In this document: positions 1 through 7,730 of the stretch, piece after piece
How positions within the stretch are numbered: position 1 is the stretch's first letter
Layout of the letters: each line of letters starts with the position of its first letter
Origin: Chthonomonadales bacterium
GTDB lineage: Bacteria; Armatimonadota; Chthonomonadetes; Chthonomonadales; CAJBBX01
Reading direction: 5' to 3'
NCBI GenBank assembly: GCA_012517255.1
Contig: JAAYVH010000159.1
Coordinates: forward strand, 2,793 to 66,792
DNA length: 64,000 nucleotides
Made by a program: the position numbers and the translations under genes
Notes under the pieces: generated by a model
Databases searched by the model: none
Told to the model about the DNA's origin: nothing
What the model saw: only the letters and a program-made list of their open reading frames with translations

Positions 1-491
1 ACGGCACCGTGTATGTGGCCGCGACCGATGCCGAGGCTGGCGAGAAGGCTGCCGCTGCCATCAGGGCGATCACGTCGGAAGTGCCCGTGGGCGCTGAGTT
101 CACCGGCAAGGTCACCCGGATCATGGGCATGGGCGCGTTTGTCGAGTTCGCCCCCGGCAAGGAAGGCCTCGTGCATACCTCGCGCCTGTCTGACAAGCCC
201 ATACGCCGCCCGGATGACGTGGTCAAGATCGGTGACGAGCTTCGGGTGCGCGTGGTGGAAGTGGATCCGCAGGGGCGCGTCAATCTGAGCGCCGTCGGAC
301 TGGACAAGCCATTCGATGCCAACGATGTCAAGCCCATCACGCAGGACAGGGGCGGCAGACCGGGCGGACCGCCTCGGGGCGACCGTCGCGAGCATCCGAG
401 AAACCCGGATCGGGGTTTCCAGAAGCCCCCGAAACCTGAGACAGAAGACGGCGATGACATGCCCCGAGCGCGCTTCCGACCGCGCCGCTGA
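1..491 (+). CDS. pnp: polyribonucleotide nucleotidyltransferase (PNPase), C-terminal fragment; 5' end lies outside the window
   Basis: The frame is open from the window edge to TGA at 489-491. The translation contains a canonical S1 RNA-binding domain (GAEFTGKVTRIMGMGAFVEFAPGKEGLVHTSRLSDKPIRRPDDVVKIGDELRVRVVEVDPQGRVNLS) followed by a basic Pro/Arg/Gly tail, as at the C-terminus of PNPase. Confidence 0.85.
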   Translation, partial: GTVYVAATDAEAGEKAAAAIRAITSEVPVGAEFTGKVTRIMGMGAFVEFAPGKEGLVHTSRLSDKPIRRPDDVVKIGDELRVRVVEVDPQGRVNLSAVGLDKPFDANDVKPITQDRGGRPGGPPRGDRREHPRNPDRGFQKPPKPETEDGDDMPRARFRPRR

Positions 492-528
492 CGCTCCCGC
501 CGCCAGCCTTATGCTACAATAGGCTAAC

Positions 529-604
529 GCGCTCGTAGCTCAGTGGATAGAGCTTCTGACTTCGGATCAGAAGGTCGGGGGTTCGAATCCCTCCGAGCGC
601 GCCA
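529..604 (+). tRNA. tRNA-Arg (anticodon UCG)
   Basis: Manual cloverleaf. Acceptor stem GCGCTCG/CGAGCGC is 7 bp and perfect. D-arm GCTC-AGTGGATA-GAGC. Anticodon arm TCTGA-CTTCGGA-TCAGA with anticodon TCG at 562-564. Variable loop AGGTC. T-arm GGGGG-TTCGAAT-CCCTC. Discriminator G, and CCA is encoded at 602-604. Confidence 0.9.
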
Positions 605-646
605 GGCCGGGATCGCGCTGAAACGGAGCCTGTGACCTAACCGTAG

Positions 647-683
647 AGAGCCCTCTTCGCAAGAGCGGAGAGGGCTTCTTTCG
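647..683 (+). terminator. rho-independent terminator candidate downstream of tRNA-Arg
   Basis: An 8-bp GC-rich stem AGCCCTCT (649-656) / AGAGGGCT (669-676) with additional inner CGC/GCG pairs is followed by TTCTTT. Confidence 0.5.
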
Positions 684-788
684 TATCAGGCCCTCTGAAA
701 GACAGCCGATGAAGAGGCGGACCGACCATTCATCGTCTGCGAAGCAGGATTCCGGGAGGGAGCGACAGTAGGTGTATGAGCGGGAGGA

Positions 789-1961
789 GTGGCGACGGCG
801 ATGGCATCATGGGCGCTCTGCGCAGGGCTTCTGGCCCTTGCGCTTGCGGGTGAGACCGACCGAAGGGTCACCGAGTTCAACTATGTGATCGGCACGCAGA
901 CGTTCGGGGTGAAGTACCAGTTCACCAGGGACACCTCGCTGGTCGAAACGGCCAGGGCGATCCTCGAGATGGGCTCCAACGTGCTCAAGATCAGCATGGA
1001 GAAGGACTACCGGAAGCAGTACCCGGATTTGCCGGCGGACCCGAAGATCCGCTCGCTTGCCGATCTCGCTCGGCTGGAACCGTCGTACCGCACCGTCCTC
1101 GGGATGCCCTTCAGCCACATCCTCCTGTGGACCTACCCGTTCGATGCCGGCTGGTGGGCCGATGGTCTCTCGGATGACGAGCGCGAGAAGACCTATCGCC
1201 AGCACTACGATCTGACGGCCTACCTTCTCCGGACGTTCAACGGATCGGGCAAGACGTTCTATCTGGGCCACTGGGAGGGGGACTGGCACCTTCACCCGGG
1301 CTACGACCCGTCGAAGGATCCCTCCGACGTCATGATCCGAGGCATGGCTGAATGGCTGAACGCCCGCCAGAAGGCCATCGAGGACGCCCGGCGCGATGTA
1401 CCCCACCGCAACGTTGCGGTGTATGGCTACACAGAGGTGAACCTCGTGCAGAAGGCCATGAAAGGCGGCAAGACGCTGACGAACGATGTCCTGCCTCTGA
1501 CGTCGGTGGACTTCGTGTCGTACTCGAGCTACGATTCCCTCACGAACGATCCGGCAACGGTCGGGGATCGGCTGAAGGCGGCGCTGCAGCACATCGAGAA
1601 CAGACTGCCTCCCAAACGTGGCATCGAGGGCAAGCGTGTGTTCATCGGCGAGTACGGCTTCCCGAAGCAGTACCACACGCCGGAGAATCAGGAGAAGCTC
1701 AGCCGGGCTGTGTGCCGCGCAGCGCTCGAATGGGGCTGCCGGTTCGCGCTCTACTGGGAGATGTATTGCAACGAGAAGATCGAAGGGGTCCATCGCGGCT
1801 TCTGGCTCATTGATGACCGGGGCGAGAAGCAACCGGTCTACCACATGCACGCGCGGTACTATCGCGAGGCCAGAGCGCGTGTTGCGGCGTTCCTCAGGGA
1901 GAACGGGCGGCTTCCGACGGAGGGTGAGTTTCGCGCCATCGGGGCCGAGCTTCTCCGTTAG
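789..1961 (+). CDS. secreted glycoside-hydrolase-like protein (clan GH-A TIM-barrel-like), family not assigned
   Basis: N-terminal signal peptide (MATAMASWALCAGLLALALAGE). Candidate acid/base and nucleophile Glu motifs sit in the usual order (YLGHWEGDW ... VFIGEYGFP), followed by ALYWEMYCNE. GTG start at 789, with an alternative ATG at 801. Confidence 0.5.
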   Translation: MATAMASWALCAGLLALALAGETDRRVTEFNYVIGTQTFGVKYQFTRDTSLVETARAILEMGSNVLKISMEKDYRKQYPDLPADPKIRSLADLARLEPSYRTVLGMPFSHILLWTYPFDAGWWADGLSDDEREKTYRQHYDLTAYLLRTFNGSGKTFYLGHWEGDWHLHPGYDPSKDPSDVMIRGMAEWLNARQKAIEDARRDVPHRNVAVYGYTEVNLVQKAMKGGKTLTNDVLPLTSVDFVSYSSYDSLTNDPATVGDRLKAALQHIENRLPPKRGIEGKRVFIGEYGFPKQYHTPENQEKLSRAVCRAALEWGCRFALYWEMYCNEKIEGVHRGFWLIDDRGEKQPVYHMHARYYREARARVAAFLRENGRLPTEGEFRAIGAELLR

Positions 1962-1971
1962 GGCCTCGACG

Positions 1972-3045
1972 TCATCGAGCAGGCGGTGCCCCGTTGCGAA
2001 GGTGACGGTAGACGGCGAAACCCATGAGGATCAGCGTCAATGGCACGACGAAGGCGCCCATGACCAGGCTCATCACGGGCAGATGATCGTGCCCTGAAGC
2101 ATCCAGGACAAGGTAGATCACGTAGGCCGCGTAGTAGCCGACCATGAAGACGCCTTCGGTTCGGCAAATCCGAGCGCCGGTGAGGAACACCGGCATGCAC
2201 GCCAGGGACGCTGCCACCATCACAGGGACATCGAAGTGCAGCGCGCCCGGATGAATCGCCATGCCCCCGGAAGCCGACACGCTGGACACGCCGAGCACGC
2301 TCAGCACGTTGAACGTGTTGCTGCCCACGACGTTCCCGATCGCGATGTCACGCTGCCCCCGTGCCGCGGCGATCAGTGAGGCGGCGATCTCCGGCAAGCT
2401 CGTGCCGACCGCCACCACCGTCAGGCCGATGATCAGCTCGCTGAGACCCAGGAGGCGCGCGAGGGCCACGGCTCCCTCAACCATCCACCTCGCGCCGAGG
2501 ACGAGGAGCGCGAGACCGATGACGGCTTCCGCCGCTCCGCGGCCCAATCCCGGGCGGGATCCGACGGTCGGCGAGGTCGCCGGCTCCGAGGCCATGCGGG
2601 CGCCCCGGGCCGCACGGATGGAGTGGAGGACATACGCAAGGGCGGCCATGAGGAGCGCAGCGCCTTCGAAGCGGATGATCGCGCCATCCCATGCAACCAC
2701 GACGACCGCCAGGGCAGAAGCGACCATGACCGGCACATCCCGGCGGAGGAGGCCGCTTGTGATCGCTAGAGGGGCAAGGATGGCAGAGGCGCCGAGGACG
2801 AGGAGAATGTTGGCGATGTTGCTGCCCACGACGTTGCCGAACGCGATGTCGCCCTTGCCCTGGGCGGCCGCTGCCACGCTGGCAGCCATTTCGGGCGCGC
2901 TCGTGCCGAAAGCCACCACCGTCAGGCCGATCAGCAGCGGTGACATGCGGGCTGCCGCCGCGATCCTGCTCGAGCCGCGAACCAGCAGGTCGCCGCCGAT
3001 CGCCAGCAGCGCAACACCCAGGACGGTCAGACCCACGTCACCCAT
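1972..3045 (-). CDS. Ca2+/cation antiporter, CaCA (YrbG-like) family
   Basis: Two alpha-repeat motifs are present (GTSAPE...GNVVGSNIANILLVLG and GTSLPE...GNVVGSNTFNVLSVLG) in a polytopic hydrophobic protein. The ORF track extends to 3138, but MGDVGLTVLGVALLAIGG (ATG at 3045) is the likely start. Confidence 0.85.
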   Translation of the reverse strand: MGDVGLTVLGVALLAIGGDLLVRGSSRIAAAARMSPLLIGLTVVAFGTSAPEMAASVAAAAQGKGDIAFGNVVGSNIANILLVLGASAILAPLAITSGLLRRDVPVMVASALAVVVVAWDGAIIRFEGAALLMAALAYVLHSIRAARGARMASEPATSPTVGSRPGLGRGAAEAVIGLALLVLGARWMVEGAVALARLLGLSELIIGLTVVAVGTSLPEIAASLIAAARGQRDIAIGNVVGSNTFNVLSVLGVSSVSASGGMAIHPGALHFDVPVMVAASLACMPVFLTGARICRTEGVFMVGYYAAYVIYLVLDASGHDHLPVMSLVMGAFVVPLTLILMGFAVYRHLRNGAPPAR

Positions 3046-3300
3046 TTCCGTAGCGCAACTCCCGTCGCCGTCTGAAGATACCGGAGTGATCCGGATCGCA
3101 CACTGCTGTAGCCCATGCCGGCGAGACGTCGAATCCACGGGTTGGCGGATCGCGCTCTCGATGCGGCGGGACGTCCAAGCTCAGATGCCGCGTGCGGAAA
3201 CAGCGCCTGCTCGACGACGGCACGGCAGGTATGCCCCGAGCGGCTCTCGAAACTACATACGGCACGTTCGGACATCTCATTGCGACAGTCGGAGGTAACG

Positions 3301-4395
3301 ATGCGATACGCTGTCATCATGGCCGGCGGCTCGGGCACGCGCCTGTGGCCCATGAGCCGGCGAAACACGCCCAAGCAGCTCATTCCGTTTCTGGATGGCC
3401 GCAGCCTCTTGCAGATGGCGTGGGAGCGGCTCATCGGTCTCATTGAGCCGGACGGCATCTGCGTCTGTGCTGCCGAGGCGCATCGAGAGCCCATCATGGT
3501 GGCTCTGCCCGAGCTCCGGTCCCATCGCTTCATCGGCGAGCCGATGGGACGGGATACGCTTAATGCCATCGGGCTGAGCGCCGTCGTGCTCTATCGTGAA
3601 GATCCTGACGCCGTCTTCGCGGCGGTCACGTCGGACCATATCATCGGGCCTCCGGAAGCGTTCCGCGAGTATCTGGATCGGGGCTTTGCGGCCGTCGAGG
3701 ACGATCCATGCGCGGTGGCAACGTTCGGGATTCGGCCGACGGCGGCGTCAACCGGGTTCGGCTACCTTGAGATCGGAGAGCCCGTCGGCGGGGGGCTGCG
3801 AACGGTGGTTCGCTTCCATGAGAAGCCTGAACTGCCGCGCGCGCAGGAGTTCTTCGAGGCCGGACCCGACCGGTTCCTGTGGAACAGCGGCATGTTCGTG
3901 TGGCGTGCCTCGACTCTGCTCGATTGCATCCGACGTTACGAGCCAGAGGTGCACTCGGGTCTCCTGCGGATTGCCGACGCTTGGGACTCCCCATCGCGCG
4001 ACGCGGTATTGCGTGAGACCTATCCGACCCTGCGCAAGATCAGCGTGGACTTTGCGGTCATGCAGCCCGCCGCGCAGGATCCGGCCGTTCGCGTGGTCGC
4101 GGTGCCGATGCGCCTGGAGTGGATGGATGTGGGCAACTGGTCTAGCTTCGCGCAGACGTGCCCGGCGGACGAAGCCGGCAATCGTCTGCATGCGGGACGC
4201 GCAATCCTGCAGGGCTGCCGCGAGACGCTCGTCGCATCCACCGATCCCGGCCATCTGATCGCCGCCATAGGATGCGAGGGCATGGTTATCGTGCACACGC
4301 CTGACGCAACGCTGATCTGCCCGGCGGATCGCGTCGAGGATGTGAAGACCATCGCCGGCAAGGTCCAGGAACGCTTCGGACACGAGGCGGTCTGA
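3301..4395 (+). CDS. manC: mannose-1-phosphate guanylyltransferase (GDP-mannose pyrophosphorylase)
   Basis: The N-terminus MRYAVIMAGGSGTRLWPMSRRNTPKQL is the nucleotidyltransferase signature of ManC. GGAGG lies 6 nt upstream of ATG 3301. The ORF-track start at 3115 is an upstream extension. Confidence 0.85.
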   Translation: MRYAVIMAGGSGTRLWPMSRRNTPKQLIPFLDGRSLLQMAWERLIGLIEPDGICVCAAEAHREPIMVALPELRSHRFIGEPMGRDTLNAIGLSAVVLYREDPDAVFAAVTSDHIIGPPEAFREYLDRGFAAVEDDPCAVATFGIRPTAASTGFGYLEIGEPVGGGLRTVVRFHEKPELPRAQEFFEAGPDRFLWNSGMFVWRASTLLDCIRRYEPEVHSGLLRIADAWDSPSRDAVLRETYPTLRKISVDFAVMQPAAQDPAVRVVAVPMRLEWMDVGNWSSFAQTCPADEAGNRLHAGRAILQGCRETLVASTDPGHLIAAIGCEGMVIVHTPDATLICPADRVEDVKTIAGKVQERFGHEAV

Positions 4396-4467
4396 AGCCC
4401 GTGAGCGGCGCCCGGGGTCGGTTCGGCTGTCACGGGTGCACCCTCAGGGCTTACAGGGAGGCGGCGC

Positions 4468-5241
4468 ATGAGAGTGTGCGGTGCGCAGATGGCGGTAACG
4501 CGCGATGTATCGGCCAATGTCGCGGCTCTTCTGCGCGCGATCGAGTATGCGGCTCAGGTACGGGCCGACGTGCTCCTGACGCCAGAGGGTTCGCTGAGCG
4601 GCTATGCTGCGCGGTTTCCGAGCCATCAGGTCGAGCAGGGCCTTGCACGGGTAACCGCGGCGGCAGCCGAGGCGCGCATCGCGCTGGCCCTCGGGACGTG
4701 CTTCGTCGAACCCGACGACGGACGGATATACAACGAGGTTCGGTTCTACGACCGGTGCGGCGCATTCCTGGGGTTCCATACCAAGACGCTTCTGTGCGGC
4801 ACGATCTTCGAACCCCATGAGGGCGAGATCAACGAGTTCGCAACGAGGCCCCTGCGCACGTTCGATCTGAATGGCGTAACCGTCGGCGCTCTTATCTGCA
4901 ACGACCTCTGGGCCAATCCCGGCTGCACTCCGATGGACGACCCGCACCTGACGCATCGTCTGGCGATGATGGGCGCGCGCATCATCTTCCATGCTGTCAA
5001 CGGAGGGCGGGACGGAGGCGAATGGTCGCAGATCGCATGGCGCTATCACGAGTCCAATCTGCAGATGCGCGCCCAGGCCTCGCGCCTGTGGATCGTGACG
5101 GTGGATAGCGCGCATCCGATCACCATGCCGTGTTCGGCGCCGTCGGGGGTAGTCGGGCCCGATGGGCGGTGGGTGGCGCGCGCGGAGCCTCAGGGGGAAC
5201 ACATGTTCGTCGCGGACATTCCGGTTGAGGTCCGACCGTGA
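4468..5241 (+). CDS. carbon-nitrogen hydrolase (nitrilase superfamily amidase)
   Basis: The Glu-Lys-Cys triad is present in the expected order and context: LLTPEGSLSGY, FHTKTLL, ALICNDLW. GGGAGG lies upstream of ATG 4468. Confidence 0.8.
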   Translation: MRVCGAQMAVTRDVSANVAALLRAIEYAAQVRADVLLTPEGSLSGYAARFPSHQVEQGLARVTAAAAEARIALALGTCFVEPDDGRIYNEVRFYDRCGAFLGFHTKTLLCGTIFEPHEGEINEFATRPLRTFDLNGVTVGALICNDLWANPGCTPMDDPHLTHRLAMMGARIIFHAVNGGRDGGEWSQIAWRYHESNLQMRAQASRLWIVTVDSAHPITMPCSAPSGVVGPDGRWVARAEPQGEHMFVADIPVEVRP

Positions 5242-7571
5242 CCGGAGGCATGACACGCGCGGGAATCGTTGCGACCGCAGCATTCGGCTTGCTGATGGTC
5301 GGCGCGGCGATGCCGCAGGATACGTCCGTCCGATTCGACGAGATCGTGTTCGCGGCGCGGGCGCCCATGGGGCCCCATTGGTACGAGAACTTCGGCTTCT
5401 ACAGCAACGAGCCGGAGAAGCCTGCGTTCACGAAGGGCGGCATGCTCTGTGTCGTCCGTCCGTCAACGGGGACCTTACGCGTCCTCCTCCATGACCCGAT
5501 CGGCGGCGTGCGCGATCCGCAGGTGAGCTACGACGGGCAGAAGATACTGTTCGCCTATCGCAAGGGGTCCGAACCCGCGTTCCATCTCTACGAGATCAAC
5601 GTGGATGGGTCGGGGCTGAAGCAGCTCACCGACGGCCCTGACGACGACATCGAGCCCTGCTACCTCCCCGATGGCGGCATTGTCTTCGTTTCATCGCGGT
5701 GCCATCGGTTCGTGAACTGCTGGTACACCCGCGTGGCGACGCTCTATCGGTGCGACGCGGACGGGTCGAACATTCGCATGCTGTCGCCAAGCATCGAGCA
5801 CGACAACACGCCGTGGGTCATGCCCGACGGGCGCATCCTCTACATGCGCTGGGAGTATGTGGATCGAAGCCAGGTCCACTATCATCATCTCTGGACCATG
5901 AACCCCGACGGCACCAACCAGACGATCTTCTATGGCAACCTGAACCCCGGCACGGCCATGCTCGATGCCAAGCCCATCCCCGGCAGCCGCAGGGTTGTGG
6001 CGTCCTTTTCCCCCGACCACGGTCTGCCGGAGCACATGGGCTTTGTGACCGTGGTGGATGCCGACAGGGGACCGGATGACCTGTCGGCTGCTCGCCGGGT
6101 TTCGCGGACGCCATGGTACAAGGATCCGTACCCGATCGGGAACGGGCTGTACCTCGCGGCGTTTCAGAAACGAATCGTTCGCCTCGACGATGATGGCGCC
6201 GAAACGACGCTCTACACCCTCCCGGGCGAATATGGCGCGATGGAATGCCAGGAGCCGCGGCCCATCGCGCCACGGCAGCGGGAGCCAGTCATCAGCTCGC
6301 GCGTGGACCTCGGTCGTGCCACGGGCACGCTCGCGCTGGAGGACATCCATACCGGGCGCAACATGGCGGGCGTCCGGCGCGGCGAGATCAAAGACATCCT
6401 GGTCTTCGAGCAGCTTCCCAAGCCCGCGAACTTCTCCGGCGGCATGGAACCGCTGTCCATCGGCGGCACCTTCACTCTCGCCCGCTGCCTCGGCACATTT
6501 CCCGTCGAAGCCGACGGTTCCGCGTATGTCGAGATCCCGGCCATGAAGCCGCTGTTCTTCGTCGCGCGTGACGCCGACGGCATGGCGGTCAAGCGCATGC
6601 AGAGCTGGATATCGGTTCAGCCCGGCGAACGGCTGAGCTGCGTGGGATGCCATGAGCAGCGCGTCAAGGCCCCCGCCAGCGCTCGCAATCCGATGGCCCT
6701 TCGTCGTGCGCCGAGCCGGATACAGCAGCTTGAGGGCTTGCCGGACGTGCCGGACTTCCCACGCGACATCCAGCCGATTCTGGATCGGCACTGCGTGGCC
6801 TGTCATTCACCCGCCAACATGCAGGCGCGAGTGGACCTATCGGGCGACCACACGCCGTTCTACTCCATGGCCTATGAGACGATCATCGGCAGACGGCTGA
6901 TCTCCGACGGGCGCAATCTGCCGCGCAGCAACTATGCCCCGCGGGCGATCGGCTCATCGGCAAGCAGGCTGCTCAAGCTCATGGATGGCTCCCACCACGG
7001 CGCAATGCCGACGCCGCGCGAGTTCCAGACCGTCCGCCTGTGGATCGAGGCGGGAGCAACCTACCCGGGCACCTACGCAGCGCTGGGTTCGGGCATGTAC
7101 GGCGTGGCCCTGCCGGTCGACCGCATGTTCACCCGATGCGGCCCGTGCCATGCGCGTCCTGACCCGAACGCGAATCCTCCCAACCAGACGCTCTTTTTCG
7201 GCCCGGGATCCCATGTCTGGCCGGGCGTGCTGTGCAACCTCACGCGACCGGAGCTCTCACGGCTGACGCTGGCTCCGCTGCGCAAAGAAGCCGGCGGGTG
7301 GGGTCTCTGCGGCGAAGGCGGGTTCCGCGATCGAGAGGACCCGCTCTTCCGTTCGATCCTGGCAGCGATACGGCAGGCGTCCGATGCCCTTCAGCGCGGG
7401 AAACGCTTTGACATGGCGGGCTTCCGGCCCAACGCTCATTACGTCCGAGAGATGCAGCGCTTCGGCATCCTCCCCGCTGGGATGCCGCCGGATGCCCCGC
7501 TCGATCCCTACAGGGCGGATCGAGCCTACTGGGACAGCTTCGCATACAGGCCCTCTGCCGCTCGCGACTGA
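5238..7571 (+). CDS. secreted PD40/TolB-like beta-propeller haem-c protein, hydrazine-synthase-alpha-related architecture (function unknown)
   Basis: Signal peptide, then propeller-like repeats (VSYDGQKILFAY, NVDGSGLKQLTDGPDDDIEPCYLPDGGIVFVS, NPDGTNQTIFYG). Three CXXCH motifs follow (CVGCH aa 468-472, CVACH 519-523, CGPCH 634-638). IQPILDRHCVACHS resembles planctomycete-type cytochrome c motifs. The GTG start overlaps the upstream stop (GTGA); an alternative ATG is at 5250. Confidence 0.6.
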   Translation: MTGGMTRAGIVATAAFGLLMVGAAMPQDTSVRFDEIVFAARAPMGPHWYENFGFYSNEPEKPAFTKGGMLCVVRPSTGTLRVLLHDPIGGVRDPQVSYDGQKILFAYRKGSEPAFHLYEINVDGSGLKQLTDGPDDDIEPCYLPDGGIVFVSSRCHRFVNCWYTRVATLYRCDADGSNIRMLSPSIEHDNTPWVMPDGRILYMRWEYVDRSQVHYHHLWTMNPDGTNQTIFYGNLNPGTAMLDAKPIPGSRRVVASFSPDHGLPEHMGFVTVVDADRGPDDLSAARRVSRTPWYKDPYPIGNGLYLAAFQKRIVRLDDDGAETTLYTLPGEYGAMECQEPRPIAPRQREPVISSRVDLGRATGTLALEDIHTGRNMAGVRRGEIKDILVFEQLPKPANFSGGMEPLSIGGTFTLARCLGTFPVEADGSAYVEIPAMKPLFFVARDADGMAVKRMQSWISVQPGERLSCVGCHEQRVKAPASARNPMALRRAPSRIQQLEGLPDVPDFPRDIQPILDRHCVACHSPANMQARVDLSGDHTPFYSMAYETIIGRRLISDGRNLPRSNYAPRAIGSSASRLLKLMDGSHHGAMPTPREFQTVRLWIEAGATYPGTYAALGSGMYGVALPVDRMFTRCGPCHARPDPNANPPNQTLFFGPGSHVWPGVLCNLTRPELSRLTLAPLRKEAGGWGLCGEGGFRDREDPLFRSILAAIRQASDALQRGKRFDMAGFRPNAHYVREMQRFGILPAGMPPDAPLDPYRADRAYWDSFAYRPSAARD

Positions 7572-7730
7572 CGCATCCGGGCGACAGCCATTTGCGACGT
7601 TGCAGGAAGATCGGGAGGAGAGCGCGCCGCGGAGCGCGAATAGTCACCCGGCACGTCTGTTGTTGTCGGGGGCAAGGCTCCTGACAACATGAGGCCGTGA
7701 GCCAAACCCGCCCTGCAGGAGGAAACCGCT

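Noticed and set aside
7657-7690. A hairpin (GTTGTC...GACAAC) between the HzsA-like gene and the cytochrome gene, considered as a terminator.
   Set aside because: The stem is short and imperfect with no U-tract. It is as compatible with read-through as with termination, so I did not call it.
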